The notes under the pieces were generated by a model. It was not told where the DNA came from, did no database searches, and was given only the letters and a program-made list of their open reading frames with translations. 64,000 bases of DNA from Candidatus Omnitrophota bacterium (GTDB taxonomy: Bacteria; Omnitrophota; Gorgyraeia; B26-G9): positions 5,774 through 69,773 of the forward strand of contig JAHITE010000080.1 in NCBI GenBank assembly GCA_018817585.1, written 5' to 3'. Numbering within the stretch: position 1 is the stretch's first letter; each line of letters begins with the position of its first letter. Shown here one piece after another: positions 37,842 through 47,520 of the stretch. The translations under genes were made by a program, and so were the position numbers.

Positions 37842-38801
37842 TTGGTTTTTACTCTAATTTATTTAATAATTGGTTTTTGTATTCTTATTGCCGGAGCGAA
37901 TTTTCTGGTTGAAGGAGCTTCCTCTTTAGCTAAAAGATTACGTGTTTCTGATTTGGCCATCGGTTTATCTGTAGTTGCTTTGGGGACATCCACTCCGGAA
38001 TTATTTGTTAATATATTTGCCAGTTTTCAGGGGAATTCAGAAATCGCGATAGGCAATATATTAGGCAGCAATATTTTTAATATTCTGGTTATTCTCGGTT
38101 TATCCTCTTTGATTTTTCCCTTAGCTGTGACCAAAGGTACTGTTTGGAAGGAAATACCGTTTAGCTTCTTGGCAGTTCTTGTTTTGGGCGCGATAGTAAA
38201 TGATGTTTTTTTTGACAAAATGAACAGCAGCTTTATTGGCCGGATAGACGGATTTGTGCTGATATCTTTTTTCCTGATATTTATGTATTATATCGCAAGT
38301 ATTGCTAAAGACACAGAGTTGCTAAATCCTAGCGATATTAAGCCAAGGAGCATTTCAAAATCATTGATGATGATTAGCGGGGGAATTGTCGGTTTAGTTT
38401 TCGGCGGAAATTTTGTGCAAACCAGCGCGGTGGCGATTGCCAGCAGTTTAGGCGTCAGCCAATCGCTTATTGGATTGACGATTGTCGCTACTGGCACTTC
38501 ATTGCCGGAATTAGCAACTTCCGCGATTGCCGCGTCTAAAAAGAATTCTGATATTGCCGTGGGAAATATTGTTGGTTCAAATATATTTAATATTTTCTTT
38601 GTTTTGGGGATATCCGCGCTGATTAAGCCCTTACCGGTAATAACCCAAATCAATGCGGATATAGCGGTGCTGATATTATCAAGCTTGTTTTTATTTCTGT
38701 TTATGTTTACCGGTAAACGCCGGATTATTGACCGCTGGGAAGGCGGAGTGTTTATTGCTTTGTATGCTGGATATCTAATTTTTCTAATCAAAAGAGGGTA
38801 A
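37842..38801 (+). CDS. Ca2+/Na+ antiporter, CaCA family (YrbG-like)
   Basis: Two alpha-repeat motifs (GTSTPELFVNI and GTSLPELATSA). TTG start after an aaggag RBS. Confidence 0.85.
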   Translation: MVFTLIYLIIGFCILIAGANFLVEGASSLAKRLRVSDLAIGLSVVALGTSTPELFVNIFASFQGNSEIAIGNILGSNIFNILVILGLSSLIFPLAVTKGTVWKEIPFSFLAVLVLGAIVNDVFFDKMNSSFIGRIDGFVLISFFLIFMYYIASIAKDTELLNPSDIKPRSISKSLMMISGGIVGLVFGGNFVQTSAVAIASSLGVSQSLIGLTIVATGTSLPELATSAIAASKKNSDIAVGNIVGSNIFNIFFVLGISALIKPLPVITQINADIAVLILSSLFLFLFMFTGKRRIIDRWEGGVFIALYAGYLIFLIKRG

Positions 38802-38810
38802 TAAAATCAA

Positions 38811-39413
38811 ATGAAAACATTTTTAAAACATTTAGAGCAATACATCATAAAAGGACTATTAGCGCTTATTCCTTTAGGGATTACAATTTTTATATTAAAG
38901 TTTACTTATGTTTTGATTGATAAAACTCTTATGGGAACAATTGACCAGTATATTGGTTATCGGATTCCGGGAACAGGATTATTGTTGTTTATTATTATCC
39001 TGTATTTTACCGGGATGATTGCCAGTAATGTGCTGGGGAGAAAAATATTTTCTATTTTAGAGTATTTAAGCAGTAAAGTTCCGTTGATAAAGACGGTATA
39101 TCAAGTGGGTAAACAATTATCAAACGCTTTAGCTCTTTCGGATAAACAAGTGTTTAGGAAAGCGGTGCTGGTTGATTATTTTAATCCAGGGGTCAGATCA
39201 ATAGGGTTTATTACGGGTGAGATTACTAATAAGCAAACAGGCGAGAAGCTGTTGAAAGTATTTATTCCTACAGCGCCAAATCCGACTTCCGGTTTTTTAG
39301 TTATTCTCAGTGAGGCGCAAACCAAAGATCCGCAGTGGACTGTGGAAGAAGCTTTGAAAATGGTTATTTCCGGCGGGCTTATTGGGCCAAATGAATTTGC
39401 GGGTTTGAAATAA
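38811..39413 (+). CDS. DUF502 family membrane protein
   Basis: Two N-terminal TM helices followed by a conserved soluble domain (SKVPLIKTVYQVGKQ...). Confidence 0.7.
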   Translation: MKTFLKHLEQYIIKGLLALIPLGITIFILKFTYVLIDKTLMGTIDQYIGYRIPGTGLLLFIIILYFTGMIASNVLGRKIFSILEYLSSKVPLIKTVYQVGKQLSNALALSDKQVFRKAVLVDYFNPGVRSIGFITGEITNKQTGEKLLKVFIPTAPNPTSGFLVILSEAQTKDPQWTVEEALKMVISGGLIGPNEFAGLK

Positions 39414-39484
39414 TCAAAGTTGATTTTAGTTGAATCATTATTTATATTTCTGTTTTGACAGGCTGGGTAATTAGAGGAGATCAG

Positions 39485-40066
39485 ATGTTCCCTAAAATAT
39501 TATTAGCGTTTATTCCGATTTTTGTGGCAGTAGACGCGATTGGCGTATTACCGATTTTTATTTCTTTGACTCGCGATCTGGATAAAATATCAAAAAAGCG
39601 AATTCTAACACAATCATTTTTCACCGCGATACTTGTTGCTTTTGTGTTTATTTTAATTGGCAAGGGATTATTTGCTTTGCTGGGAATCACGGTTGGCGAC
39701 TTTATGGTTGCCGGGGGGATTGTTTTGTTTTGCATCGCGATTCTTGATTTACTGTTTCCTGGCAAGCGCAGAAGAATGCCTATCGAAGAATTAGGTGTGG
39801 TTCCTTTGGGCATGCCGCTGATTGTCGGCCCGGCGGTTTTAACAACCTGTTTGATTATTGTTGATCAATATGGAATAATCCCGACAATTATTTCGGTTAT
39901 TGTAAATATTTTTTTCGCGATTGTTCTTTTTTATTGCTCTGACCGGGTGACCAGGGTATTGGGAAAATCAGGAGCAATGGCCTTATCAAAAATAATGGCT
40001 TTGCTTTTAGCTGCTATTGCTGTAATGATGATCAGAAAAGGGCTTACGGTACTGATGAGTTTATAA
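39485..40066 (+). CDS. MarC/UPF0056 family integral membrane protein
   Basis: FIPIFVAVDAIGVLPIF N-terminal motif. RBS agaggag before the ATG at 39485. Confidence 0.75.
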   Translation: MFPKILLAFIPIFVAVDAIGVLPIFISLTRDLDKISKKRILTQSFFTAILVAFVFILIGKGLFALLGITVGDFMVAGGIVLFCIAILDLLFPGKRRRMPIEELGVVPLGMPLIVGPAVLTTCLIIVDQYGIIPTIISVIVNIFFAIVLFYCSDRVTRVLGKSGAMALSKIMALLLAAIAVMMIRKGLTVLMSL

Positions 40067-40244
40067 CACATTATTGTTAGCGTAGTATACTCATTGTTTA
40101 ATATCCGGCAATACATAATAAACAATGCCTCAACCTGGGACAGAGACGAACATAATCCAAATAATAAAAAATATGAATGGCATGCAGTATATCTTTTTAT
40201 AGCAGAGAAGAAAGTCTACTGCGTAAAAAATTAATGCATAAAGA

Positions 40245-40523
40245 CTAGAAGGGGATGTTGACTCCGGACCGAACCTCTAAATAGACTGATCGGTCAAAGC
40301 TGCGGTCCGGGAAAACCTGACAATATTCATTAAAGTCATGCTCGTGAATCGATAAGAAGGCGTTTGCGAAATGGTCGTGTACGCTGCGTAATAACGGCGA
40401 ACCGTCTTCCGTCACCGGGCAGTTGCCTCTGATAAACTGCTTTATCTGGTTACCGGAACTAAGTATATCATAACTTTCTCCAAATTGCCTGCTGCTTTTG
40501 ATTTTTTGCCGACATTTTTGCAA
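40245..40523 (-). CDS. hypothetical 92-aa ORF in a GC-rich patch; coding status uncertain
   Basis: The only long ORF in a 510-bp gap. No RBS, no recognised domain. The region could instead be non-coding RNA. Confidence 0.25.
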   Translation of the reverse strand: MQKCRQKIKSSRQFGESYDILSSGNQIKQFIRGNCPVTEDGSPLLRSVHDHFANAFLSIHEHDFNEYCQVFPDRSFDRSVYLEVRSGVNIPF

Positions 40524-40577
40524 TATTTGCCCGCATGTGGTATTCTTTTATAATTTGCATAAGGAGTTTCAGGGAAT

Positions 40578-40961
40578 ATGCTTATTAAAAATATAAGGTT
40601 TTTATTTTTTTATGCGGCGTGGTTTTTATTGTTAAACACGCATCTTTTAGCCGCTGACTTTTGTGTTGAGACCAGGCAGGATTTTTCCAACTTATCCCCG
40701 GTAATGGCGATATCGGAGCAGGGGCTCAGGAGTGCCGTAAAAGGGGAGGTTTTGAACGGCGGCAGGGTCGTGCTTGGCAAGGCAGGGACGTATTTTCTAG
40801 ATGTGAATTTTCGCCGCGATCCGGAACTCAGGCTTGATGAATATACCAATCGGATAATCGAACAATGTTTAGCGGGAAATTATACGCTTTTAGGAAACCT
40901 TCTATTTGGAACAGTTGATTTTGACAAAAACTATGATTACAAAAAGGCAAGAAAAAGATGA
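40578..40961 (+). CDS. small secreted protein, unknown function
   Basis: Signal peptide ending in LLAADF. 127 aa. Confidence 0.5.
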   Translation: MLIKNIRFLFFYAAWFLLLNTHLLAADFCVETRQDFSNLSPVMAISEQGLRSAVKGEVLNGGRVVLGKAGTYFLDVNFRRDPELRLDEYTNRIIEQCLAGNYTLLGNLLFGTVDFDKNYDYKKARKR

Positions 40962-41157
40962 AAATTCTTGCTGATACATGTATCTGGTCACAAGTTCTAA
41001 GACGTAAAAATCTGACAAAGGCAGCAAAATAGGTTGTTGAATAGAAAAATTCGCACTATAATATAACGAAAAGCAAAGATTTTTCTGCGGATGAATTAGA
41101 CGTTTAAGAAGAACTATAGAAAATTCGGGATACATTTTAAAAAAACGGCGGTGTAAT

Positions 41158-41715
41158 ATGAAATGGGATGTGTTTATTTGCCATGCAAATGAAGATAAAT
41201 TGACTTTTGTGGAGAAACTCGCTTATGAATTAAGAAACAAGGGCTTACGAGTATGGTACGACAATTTCGCATTGAAACTCGGCGATTCTTTAAGACGAAC
41301 AATTGATGAGGGTGTAGCAAAATCAAGGTATGGAATAGTGGTATTAAGCAAAGCATTCTTCGTTAAAAATTGGACACAGTATGAACTTGATGGTTTGGTG
41401 TATCGAGAGAATACCGGCGAAAAGATTATTCTTCCTGTCTGGCTTGATGTCTCATCGGTAGAAGTCGCGAAATATTCACCGTCTTTGGCAAACAAGGTTG
41501 CTGTTCGCGCTGAAGTCGGTACGGAAGAAGTTCTGCGAAAAATACTTGAAGTAATCAAGCCAGATATGGCGGAAGAATTTAGTGCTGCTTTTTCTAAAGC
41601 TTCGCGAACTGAAAGGCAAGATAGATTCGTGGAGTATCAACCTTCTGAAAACTTTCCGCCTCGACATGAGGTGTGGAAGTGGCCATGGAATACAACTCCA
41701 GGCTCGCAAGTTTGA
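41158..41715 (+). CDS. TIR-domain protein (stand-alone, ThsB-like size)
   Basis: WDVFICHANEDK...VWYD...L.LGDSL...YGIVVLSKAFFVKNWTQYELDGL, the canonical bacterial TIR (DUF1863/TIR_2) motifs. Confidence 0.8.
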   Translation: MKWDVFICHANEDKLTFVEKLAYELRNKGLRVWYDNFALKLGDSLRRTIDEGVAKSRYGIVVLSKAFFVKNWTQYELDGLVYRENTGEKIILPVWLDVSSVEVAKYSPSLANKVAVRAEVGTEEVLRKILEVIKPDMAEEFSAAFSKASRTERQDRFVEYQPSENFPPRHEVWKWPWNTTPGSQV

Positions 41716-41835
41716 AAGAAACAGAGGGTACAGACCTCGAAATGCGAAAGTAGCGAAAGAATCCGGGACCTGCTATCTTAGTTAATTTATTGACTAAGTA
41801 ATCGGATAGGCGTATCATTTATATATTATAATGGT

Positions 41836-43206
41836 GTGCTGAATATTAACTCAAGAACCACAATAGAGTGGAAAATGTATAAGCTAAATTATCATCCAGG
41901 GGCCAGGCTTGTCTGGGCGGGTATAGTAACTGTTTTATTATACCTCGTTATTGCTTGCGCGGAAGTTTTTGCCGAGGTTCCGCGGACTGCGAGTCAAATT
42001 ACTATTATAGGTAACAGGCTTATGGTCGCGGTACGCCAGGAAGATGGAGTTTTGTCTGCTGCCCGCCCTTATATAATTAAAGGTTTGAGTTGGTCTGCGG
42101 CAACAAAAGCTCCTCATTCGGGGCCGAATCCGTATGCCCCGGAGGAAGAGGTCTCTTATGGATTCTTTTTTGATTGGCTGGGAAGAGAACCTCAGGGCAA
42201 TGAGCTTTTTAGTTACTGGTTTTCCCTTCAGTATAAAAAATATTATGCTACTGATATTCCCCTGATGAAAGAAATGAACGTCAATACAGTACGTGTATAT
42301 GCACATTTTGGGCTAGAAGGGGAATCTGACCTTCGGATACTGGATGAGTTATATAAGCATGGAATCATGGTGATTATGACTGTAGCTGTTTCAAGGAAAG
42401 ATTTGGAAAACGGCAGGTATCTTGAGGTAGTAAATATGTATAAAGATCATCCGGCAATTCTAATGTGGTCTTTAGGTAATGAATGGAATTTTGATCGCAA
42501 TAAATATTATGGATATGATACAGTATCCGAAGCTGCTTTAGCTACTCAAAATGCCGCGTTAAAAATAAAGGAGTTAGATACCCTGCATCCGGTATCTTCT
42601 TCTTTGGGGGATAGATTTATTGATGAGGTAAAAGAGAATACAATCGCGGCAATTCTCAAGGAGTGTCCGGCTGTGGATATCTGGGGACTTAATATCTATC
42701 GCGGCAAGAGCTTTGGTAATCTTTTTCATCAATGGAAAGAGTTATCGGATAAACCTGTGTATATTAGCGAGTTTGGGACAGATTCATTTAATACCCAAGA
42801 GTATAAATGTGTAAATGAATTTCAGGCAGTAGATTGCAGCGGCATAAATGATGAGGTTTTGCAGGCAGAGTATATAATTGTTTTATGGGATGAACTTACA
42901 AAAAATTTATCTGCCGCAGATGAAGATAAAATTTGTTTAGGCGGCCTGGTTCATGAGTTTAATGATAGCTTGTGGAAGGTCGGCTCTTACCATGTTCTTT
43001 TAGGCGGAACAGTTGATTACGGGGATCCGGATCAGAGATATTGTTATGAAGAATATAATACGCAGGGATTTGTTCTAATTGGCGGGCATCCTGATGATGT
43101 GGCGAATGAAGAGTATTTTGGAGTTGTTGACGCGCAGCGCAAGCCCAAGAAAACATTTTATGTACTAAAAGAATATTATGAAAGATTAAAATCGTTGGAG
43201 CAATAG
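41836..43206 (+). CDS. clan GH-A glycoside hydrolase (GH5-like TIM barrel), membrane-anchored or secreted
   Basis: N-terminal hydrophobic anchor. MWSLGNEWN (acid/base Glu) and YISEFG (nucleophile Glu) spaced as in GH5/GH2-type barrels. Confidence 0.65.
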   Translation: MLNINSRTTIEWKMYKLNYHPGARLVWAGIVTVLLYLVIACAEVFAEVPRTASQITIIGNRLMVAVRQEDGVLSAARPYIIKGLSWSAATKAPHSGPNPYAPEEEVSYGFFFDWLGREPQGNELFSYWFSLQYKKYYATDIPLMKEMNVNTVRVYAHFGLEGESDLRILDELYKHGIMVIMTVAVSRKDLENGRYLEVVNMYKDHPAILMWSLGNEWNFDRNKYYGYDTVSEAALATQNAALKIKELDTLHPVSSSLGDRFIDEVKENTIAAILKECPAVDIWGLNIYRGKSFGNLFHQWKELSDKPVYISEFGTDSFNTQEYKCVNEFQAVDCSGINDEVLQAEYIIVLWDELTKNLSAADEDKICLGGLVHEFNDSLWKVGSYHVLLGGTVDYGDPDQRYCYEEYNTQGFVLIGGHPDDVANEEYFGVVDAQRKPKKTFYVLKEYYERLKSLEQ

Positions 43207-43359
43207 TTATCTTAAGCCTCATATTTTAAACTGTTAACAAATTTTCTACTTTACAACTCCTTATGATCTCCCCCTAATTACCGGACCACAGCTAGTTGGA
43301 CTTTTTCCACAACAAAGTTATGGAAAAACTATGCCGAAGCACAACTGCTTTGGAGAAAC

Positions 43360-43763
43360 AGAAAATATAATGAATACAAAAATATATTGGCTAAAGAAAA
43401 TAAGGATCGTATGGTTTTTTAACGTGCTGGCCTTCTTTGTTTTAACACTGCTGATTTTGCCGTTGCCTGTTTCTTTTGCCAAGCAAATAGTTGATAATCC
43501 TTGGCATGAAGATAGCAAGTCTTAAACAGGATTTTGCTAAACAGCAGATTATTTTATCCGCGGTTTTTTCTTATCTGAATGTGTTAAATAATGAAAAAAA
43601 GCTGCGGGCAGTTGAAGAGGATATTAATCTGGCGCAGCAAAAGGCTTATCGCCAGGATGTTTTGCAAAGCCTACATACGGCTTATTTCCAGCTAATGCGG
43701 GTTAATTACTTTTCCGCTATAGGTAAAACAGAGTTATTTTATTTAAATCGATTAGTGCGATAG
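43360..43763 (+). pseudogene. fragment of a TolC-like outer membrane efflux protein (signal peptide + first OEP helix, frameshifted and truncated)
   Basis: Frame a gives a signal peptide ...LPLPVSFAKQIVDNP. Frame b gives SLKQDFAKQQIILSAVFSYLNVLNNEKKLRAVEEDINLAQQKAY, the OEP-family helix repeat, followed by degenerate sequence and a stop. Confidence 0.35.
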
Positions 43764-43898
43764 GAGGTAAGAATGTATTATTTATTCTGAGTCGATTTTA
43801 GCTGTTTTAATTGACTGAGGATTATTAGTGAGATACAATAGCTATGCGAATCAAAGAAAGTGGATATTAAATGGATTACAAACAAAAGGATGGTAAAA

Positions 43899-44306
43899 AT
43901 GTCAGAATTTGAGTATAAACCAAACAAAGATAGAAAAAGGCAGCAATTTAAAAAACACGAGACTTCAGACCGGCATCAGGAAGAGACTGATCTGCCGACA
44001 ATGATTAAGAAAATGCAGCAGCAATTGGTGTTTTTGGAAAGAAAGATTGATTTACTGCTTGGACAGTCTCCAGCAAGACCGCAGCGTTCTGAAGGTTATG
44101 CCGGCAATTTCGGCTCTGGTAAAAGAGATGATAGCTTTGGCGAAAGAAGTTCTTATAAAGGCAGTAAGTCTTTTGCGCCAAGGAGAGGCTCGCGGGATAG
44201 CAAGCCTTTTGTGGCAAGAAGCGGTTCTCTGGACAGCAAGCCGGGCGAGAAAAGTTTTTTTAAAGGTAAAAAACCTTTTCCCTCAAAAAAAAGAGGCCGA
44301 AGTTAA
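43899..44306 (+). CDS. basic, low-complexity (Ser/Lys/Arg/Gly-rich) hypothetical protein
   Basis: RBS aaaagga before the ATG at 43899. Coiled-coil N-terminus then an RGG/SK-rich tail. Confidence 0.5.
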   Translation: MSEFEYKPNKDRKRQQFKKHETSDRHQEETDLPTMIKKMQQQLVFLERKIDLLLGQSPARPQRSEGYAGNFGSGKRDDSFGERSSYKGSKSFAPRRGSRDSKPFVARSGSLDSKPGEKSFFKGKKPFPSKKRGRS

Positions 44307-44363
44307 GTCGGATCAGCAAAAGTCTATGGTTAAAAGCATTTTAGAGGAGTAAAAAGAAATTTT

Positions 44364-46508
44364 ATGGATAATCAATCCATTATTAAATATATCGGCTCAG
44401 AGCTTGAGCAATCCAGCAGCGCGGTTGAGAATACTGTTATATTATTGGAAGAAGGCGGAACAATTCCGTTTATTTCCCGTTATCGTAAAGAAAAAACCGG
44501 AGGGCTTAATGAAATTGTTATTCGCTCTATTTCCGAAAGATGGGACTATTATAAGGAACTGGAAAAAAGAAAAGAAACAATTGTTAAAACCATTGATGAA
44601 CAAGGGAAATTAACTCCAGCTCTGCGGAAACAGATATTAGAATGTAGAGATAAAACTAAATTAGAAGATATTTATCTGCCGTATAAGCCTAAACGCCGAA
44701 CTAAAGCAATGATTGCCGCGGAAAAAGGTTTGGGGCCATTGGCTGAGATTATGCTTAAGCAGGAAACACTGTCGCGGACAAAACAACAGCTTGTTCAGTT
44801 GTTTATAAATCCGGAAAAACAAGTGGAGACTTATGAGGACGCGGTTAAGGGAGCCTGCGATATTATCGCGGAACAGATCGCGGATGATGCTTTTATTCGC
44901 GGTTGGATTAGAGCGCAGGTTTTAGATAAAGCCTTGCTCCATAGTCAGGCAAAAAAACAATGGGCTGACAAAGAATCAAAATTTCAAAATTATTATGATT
45001 TTTCCGAGTTGTTGAAAAAATCCCCATCGCATCGGGTTTTGGCTATTCGCCGCGGGGCGATTGAAGGGGTCTTGATCTGGAAGCTTGAAATCGAAAAACC
45101 GCTGTTCATTGATTTTATTAAAACGCGGATCATTAAAAATCCCAACTGTTTGTTTTCTGAGGAATTGGCAGCGGCAGTAACTGATAGTTTTGACCGCCTG
45201 ATATTTCTTTCCATTGAGCGAGAGGTGTTTATGCTTAAACTTGAACAGGCGGAAAAAGAGGCGATTAATGTGTTTACGGATAATTTGCACAAATTGCTTT
45301 TGTCGGCGCCTGCGGGCAATAAAGTGATTATGGGTATTGATCCTGGATTTAGAACCGGATGCAAAGTGGTGGTGATTGACAGTAAGGGAGATTTTAAGGA
45401 ATTTACCGCGATTTATCCGCATGAGCATAAGCGCAAAGAACAAACAGCACAAATTCTCCTGGGATTTATTAAGAAATACCAAGTTGATATTATTGCTATT
45501 GGCAATGGCACGGCATCTAAGGAAACGGATATTTTCATCAGACAGTTGATCAAAGATCATAAATTGAAAATCAGCTCAGTTGTGGTTAGTGAAGCCGGAG
45601 CATCAGTTTATTCTGCCTCAGAAGTAGCCGCTAAGGAATTTCCGGATCAGGATGTTACGGTTCGCGGGGCAATAAGCATTGCCCGCAGACTGCAGGATCC
45701 TTTGGCGGAATTAGTGAAGATAGACCCTAAATCAATCGGCGTAGGGCAGTATCAGCATGATGTTAATCAGCATGCTTTAAAAAAGGCATTAGATCTAACT
45801 GTTGAGTCTTGTGTTAATTATGTTGGAGTAGAGCTTAATACAGCTTCTTGCGAATTACTTTCTTTTGTTTCCGGTATCGGGCAGACAGTGGCTAAAAATA
45901 TTGTTGATTTTCGCAGAGATAATGGTCCCTTTAAAAGCCGAAAAGATTTACTAAAGGTTGCTAAACTGGGGCCAAAAGTTTTTGAACAAAGCGCTGGGTT
46001 TCTAAGAATGAGGGAGAATTCATATCCTTTAGACAACTCGGCAATTCATCCCGAGGCGTATCCAATTGTTGAAAAAATCGCGCGGGATCACAATGTAAGT
46101 CTGGAAGAAATTATTGGCGATGAGAAGCTAATCGAGAATGTCGCGATTGATAATTATGTGACTGCTGAATTTGGCCGGCCGACTTTAGAGGATATTCTTA
46201 AAGAATTAAAAAAACCCGGACGTGATCCGCGTAAAGAGTTTAAAAGTATTATATTTTCTGATATAATTAATACTATAGAAGATCTTTCTCTGGGCATGAT
46301 TTTAGATGGGATTGTAACCAATGTAACTAATTTTGGCGCTTTTGTGGATATCGGGGTTCATCAAGATGGTTTGATTCATATTTCACAATTAAGCAATAGT
46401 TTTGTGCGTAACCCCCAAGATATAGTGTCAGTGGGAGACGAGGTTAAGGTTGAAGTATTAAAAGTGGAAATAGCTTTAAAAAGAATAGCATTAAAAAGAC
46501 TAAAATAG
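44364..46508 (+). CDS. tex: transcription accessory protein Tex (YqgF/HhH/S1 domains)
   Basis: ILLEEGGTIPFISRYRKE..., the YqgF-like fold GIDPGFRTGCKVVVID, HhH repeats and a C-terminal S1 domain. Confidence 0.9.
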   Translation: MDNQSIIKYIGSELEQSSSAVENTVILLEEGGTIPFISRYRKEKTGGLNEIVIRSISERWDYYKELEKRKETIVKTIDEQGKLTPALRKQILECRDKTKLEDIYLPYKPKRRTKAMIAAEKGLGPLAEIMLKQETLSRTKQQLVQLFINPEKQVETYEDAVKGACDIIAEQIADDAFIRGWIRAQVLDKALLHSQAKKQWADKESKFQNYYDFSELLKKSPSHRVLAIRRGAIEGVLIWKLEIEKPLFIDFIKTRIIKNPNCLFSEELAAAVTDSFDRLIFLSIEREVFMLKLEQAEKEAINVFTDNLHKLLLSAPAGNKVIMGIDPGFRTGCKVVVIDSKGDFKEFTAIYPHEHKRKEQTAQILLGFIKKYQVDIIAIGNGTASKETDIFIRQLIKDHKLKISSVVVSEAGASVYSASEVAAKEFPDQDVTVRGAISIARRLQDPLAELVKIDPKSIGVGQYQHDVNQHALKKALDLTVESCVNYVGVELNTASCELLSFVSGIGQTVAKNIVDFRRDNGPFKSRKDLLKVAKLGPKVFEQSAGFLRMRENSYPLDNSAIHPEAYPIVEKIARDHNVSLEEIIGDEKLIENVAIDNYVTAEFGRPTLEDILKELKKPGRDPRKEFKSIIFSDIINTIEDLSLGMILDGIVTNVTNFGAFVDIGVHQDGLIHISQLSNSFVRNPQDIVSVGDEVKVEVLKVEIALKRIALKRLK

Positions 46509-46553
46509 TAAAATAATAAACGGATACAACTAATCAAACAAAGGAGGCTGTTT

Positions 46554-46649
46554 ATGGCAAAAAGTCATGATGCGAAAAAACAGGAAAAAAAGAAACCATT
46601 AAAAACCTTAAAAGAAAAAAGACTTGAGAAAAAAGCGAAAAAAGGCTGA
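46554..46649 (+). CDS. 31-aa lysine-rich peptide with a strong RBS (aaaggagg)
   Basis: MAKSHDAKKQEKKKPLKTLKEKRLEKKAKKG. Consensus SD 6 nt upstream. Too short for the ORF track. Confidence 0.4.
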   Translation: MAKSHDAKKQEKKKPLKTLKEKRLEKKAKKG

Positions 46650-46732
46650 TTAGATATTGAATTTGCTATTAGGTTTATGATTAAAGGTCACAAGGTAAAA
46701 GCAGGAAAAGTTATAAAGTTGAAAGTGAAAAG

Positions 46733-47188
46733 ATGCAGAAAGATTACAGACATTTAAATGAAATAGCTGAACCCGGTGTGTTTAAAAAATGGCAGGAAGT
46801 TGATGCTGTTATTTACGCGTTTACTGATCTGGGTATCAAGGTCGCAATAAATGATGAATACTCCGGACTGGTTTACGGAAACGAAGTGTATGATGAGTAT
46901 CATAAGGGGCAAAAAATAAAAGCATTTATAAAAGCAGTTCGGGCTGATGGTAAAATTGATGTTTCTTTGCAGCCGGAGCAGGGCAATCATGTGTTTTCAA
47001 CCGCGGATCGGATTTTTCAGGAGCTTGAACAGGCTGGCGGTAAATTGCGGTTTAATGATTTAAGCACTCCGGAAGAAATAAGAAACAGATTCCAAATCAG
47101 TAAGACAGTTTTTAAGCAAGCAATCGGCAAATTATACAAACAGCGAAAAATAATGATAACCGATAAAGGGATAGAGATTGTTAGGTAA
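46733..47188 (+). CDS. S1-like nucleic-acid-binding protein (CvfB/YitL-like, short form)
   Basis: OB/S1-like N-half and a winged-helix-like C-half (NDLSTPEEIRNRFQISKTVFKQAIGKLYKQRKI). Confidence 0.55.
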   Translation: MQKDYRHLNEIAEPGVFKKWQEVDAVIYAFTDLGIKVAINDEYSGLVYGNEVYDEYHKGQKIKAFIKAVRADGKIDVSLQPEQGNHVFSTADRIFQELEQAGGKLRFNDLSTPEEIRNRFQISKTVFKQAIGKLYKQRKIMITDKGIEIVR

Positions 47189-47423
47189 AGACAGGGTAAT
47201 CGAACGCGATTTAGGCGAACAGCCAATCAAGCAAATAATCCTAGAGTATAATTTAAAGCCGCATGATATAGTTGCCGCGTCCACAGAACAAATCACGCAT
47301 CTTATGATTAAACGCGCCAGCAAAGGCAGAAGGCTGACAAAGCCTGTGCGGATTAAAGTGCTTAATGCTTTAAATAAAGCGACAAGCAAATCTTTTGGCT
47401 TAAGCGATTTGTTTAACTATTAA
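47178..47423 (+). CDS. hypothetical 81-aa protein, overlaps the previous stop
   Basis: ORF only. Overlaps the previous gene by 11 nt. Confidence 0.35.
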   Translation: MLGKDRVIERDLGEQPIKQIILEYNLKPHDIVAASTEQITHLMIKRASKGRRLTKPVRIKVLNALNKATSKSFGLSDLFNY

Positions 47424-47520
47424 ATAAGCTGATCTATCCGCGGAATCTTTAATCTAAGATTGAATAATAGTCAGATCTTTATATTGCTAGATATTTATCG
47501 GATGAAGGGAAAATAACTTC

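Noticed and set aside
40253-40520. Possible tmRNA (plus-strand reading ...E G V C E M V V Y A A followed by tandem stops) or SRP/RNase P RNA in the GC-rich patch.
   Set aside because: No GGGG...UUCGAC acceptor/T-arm ends, no GGUUCGAAUCC-like T-loop. The tag would contain Cys and lacks the Ala resume codon. The SRP domain IV and RNase P P4 consensus are also not matched.
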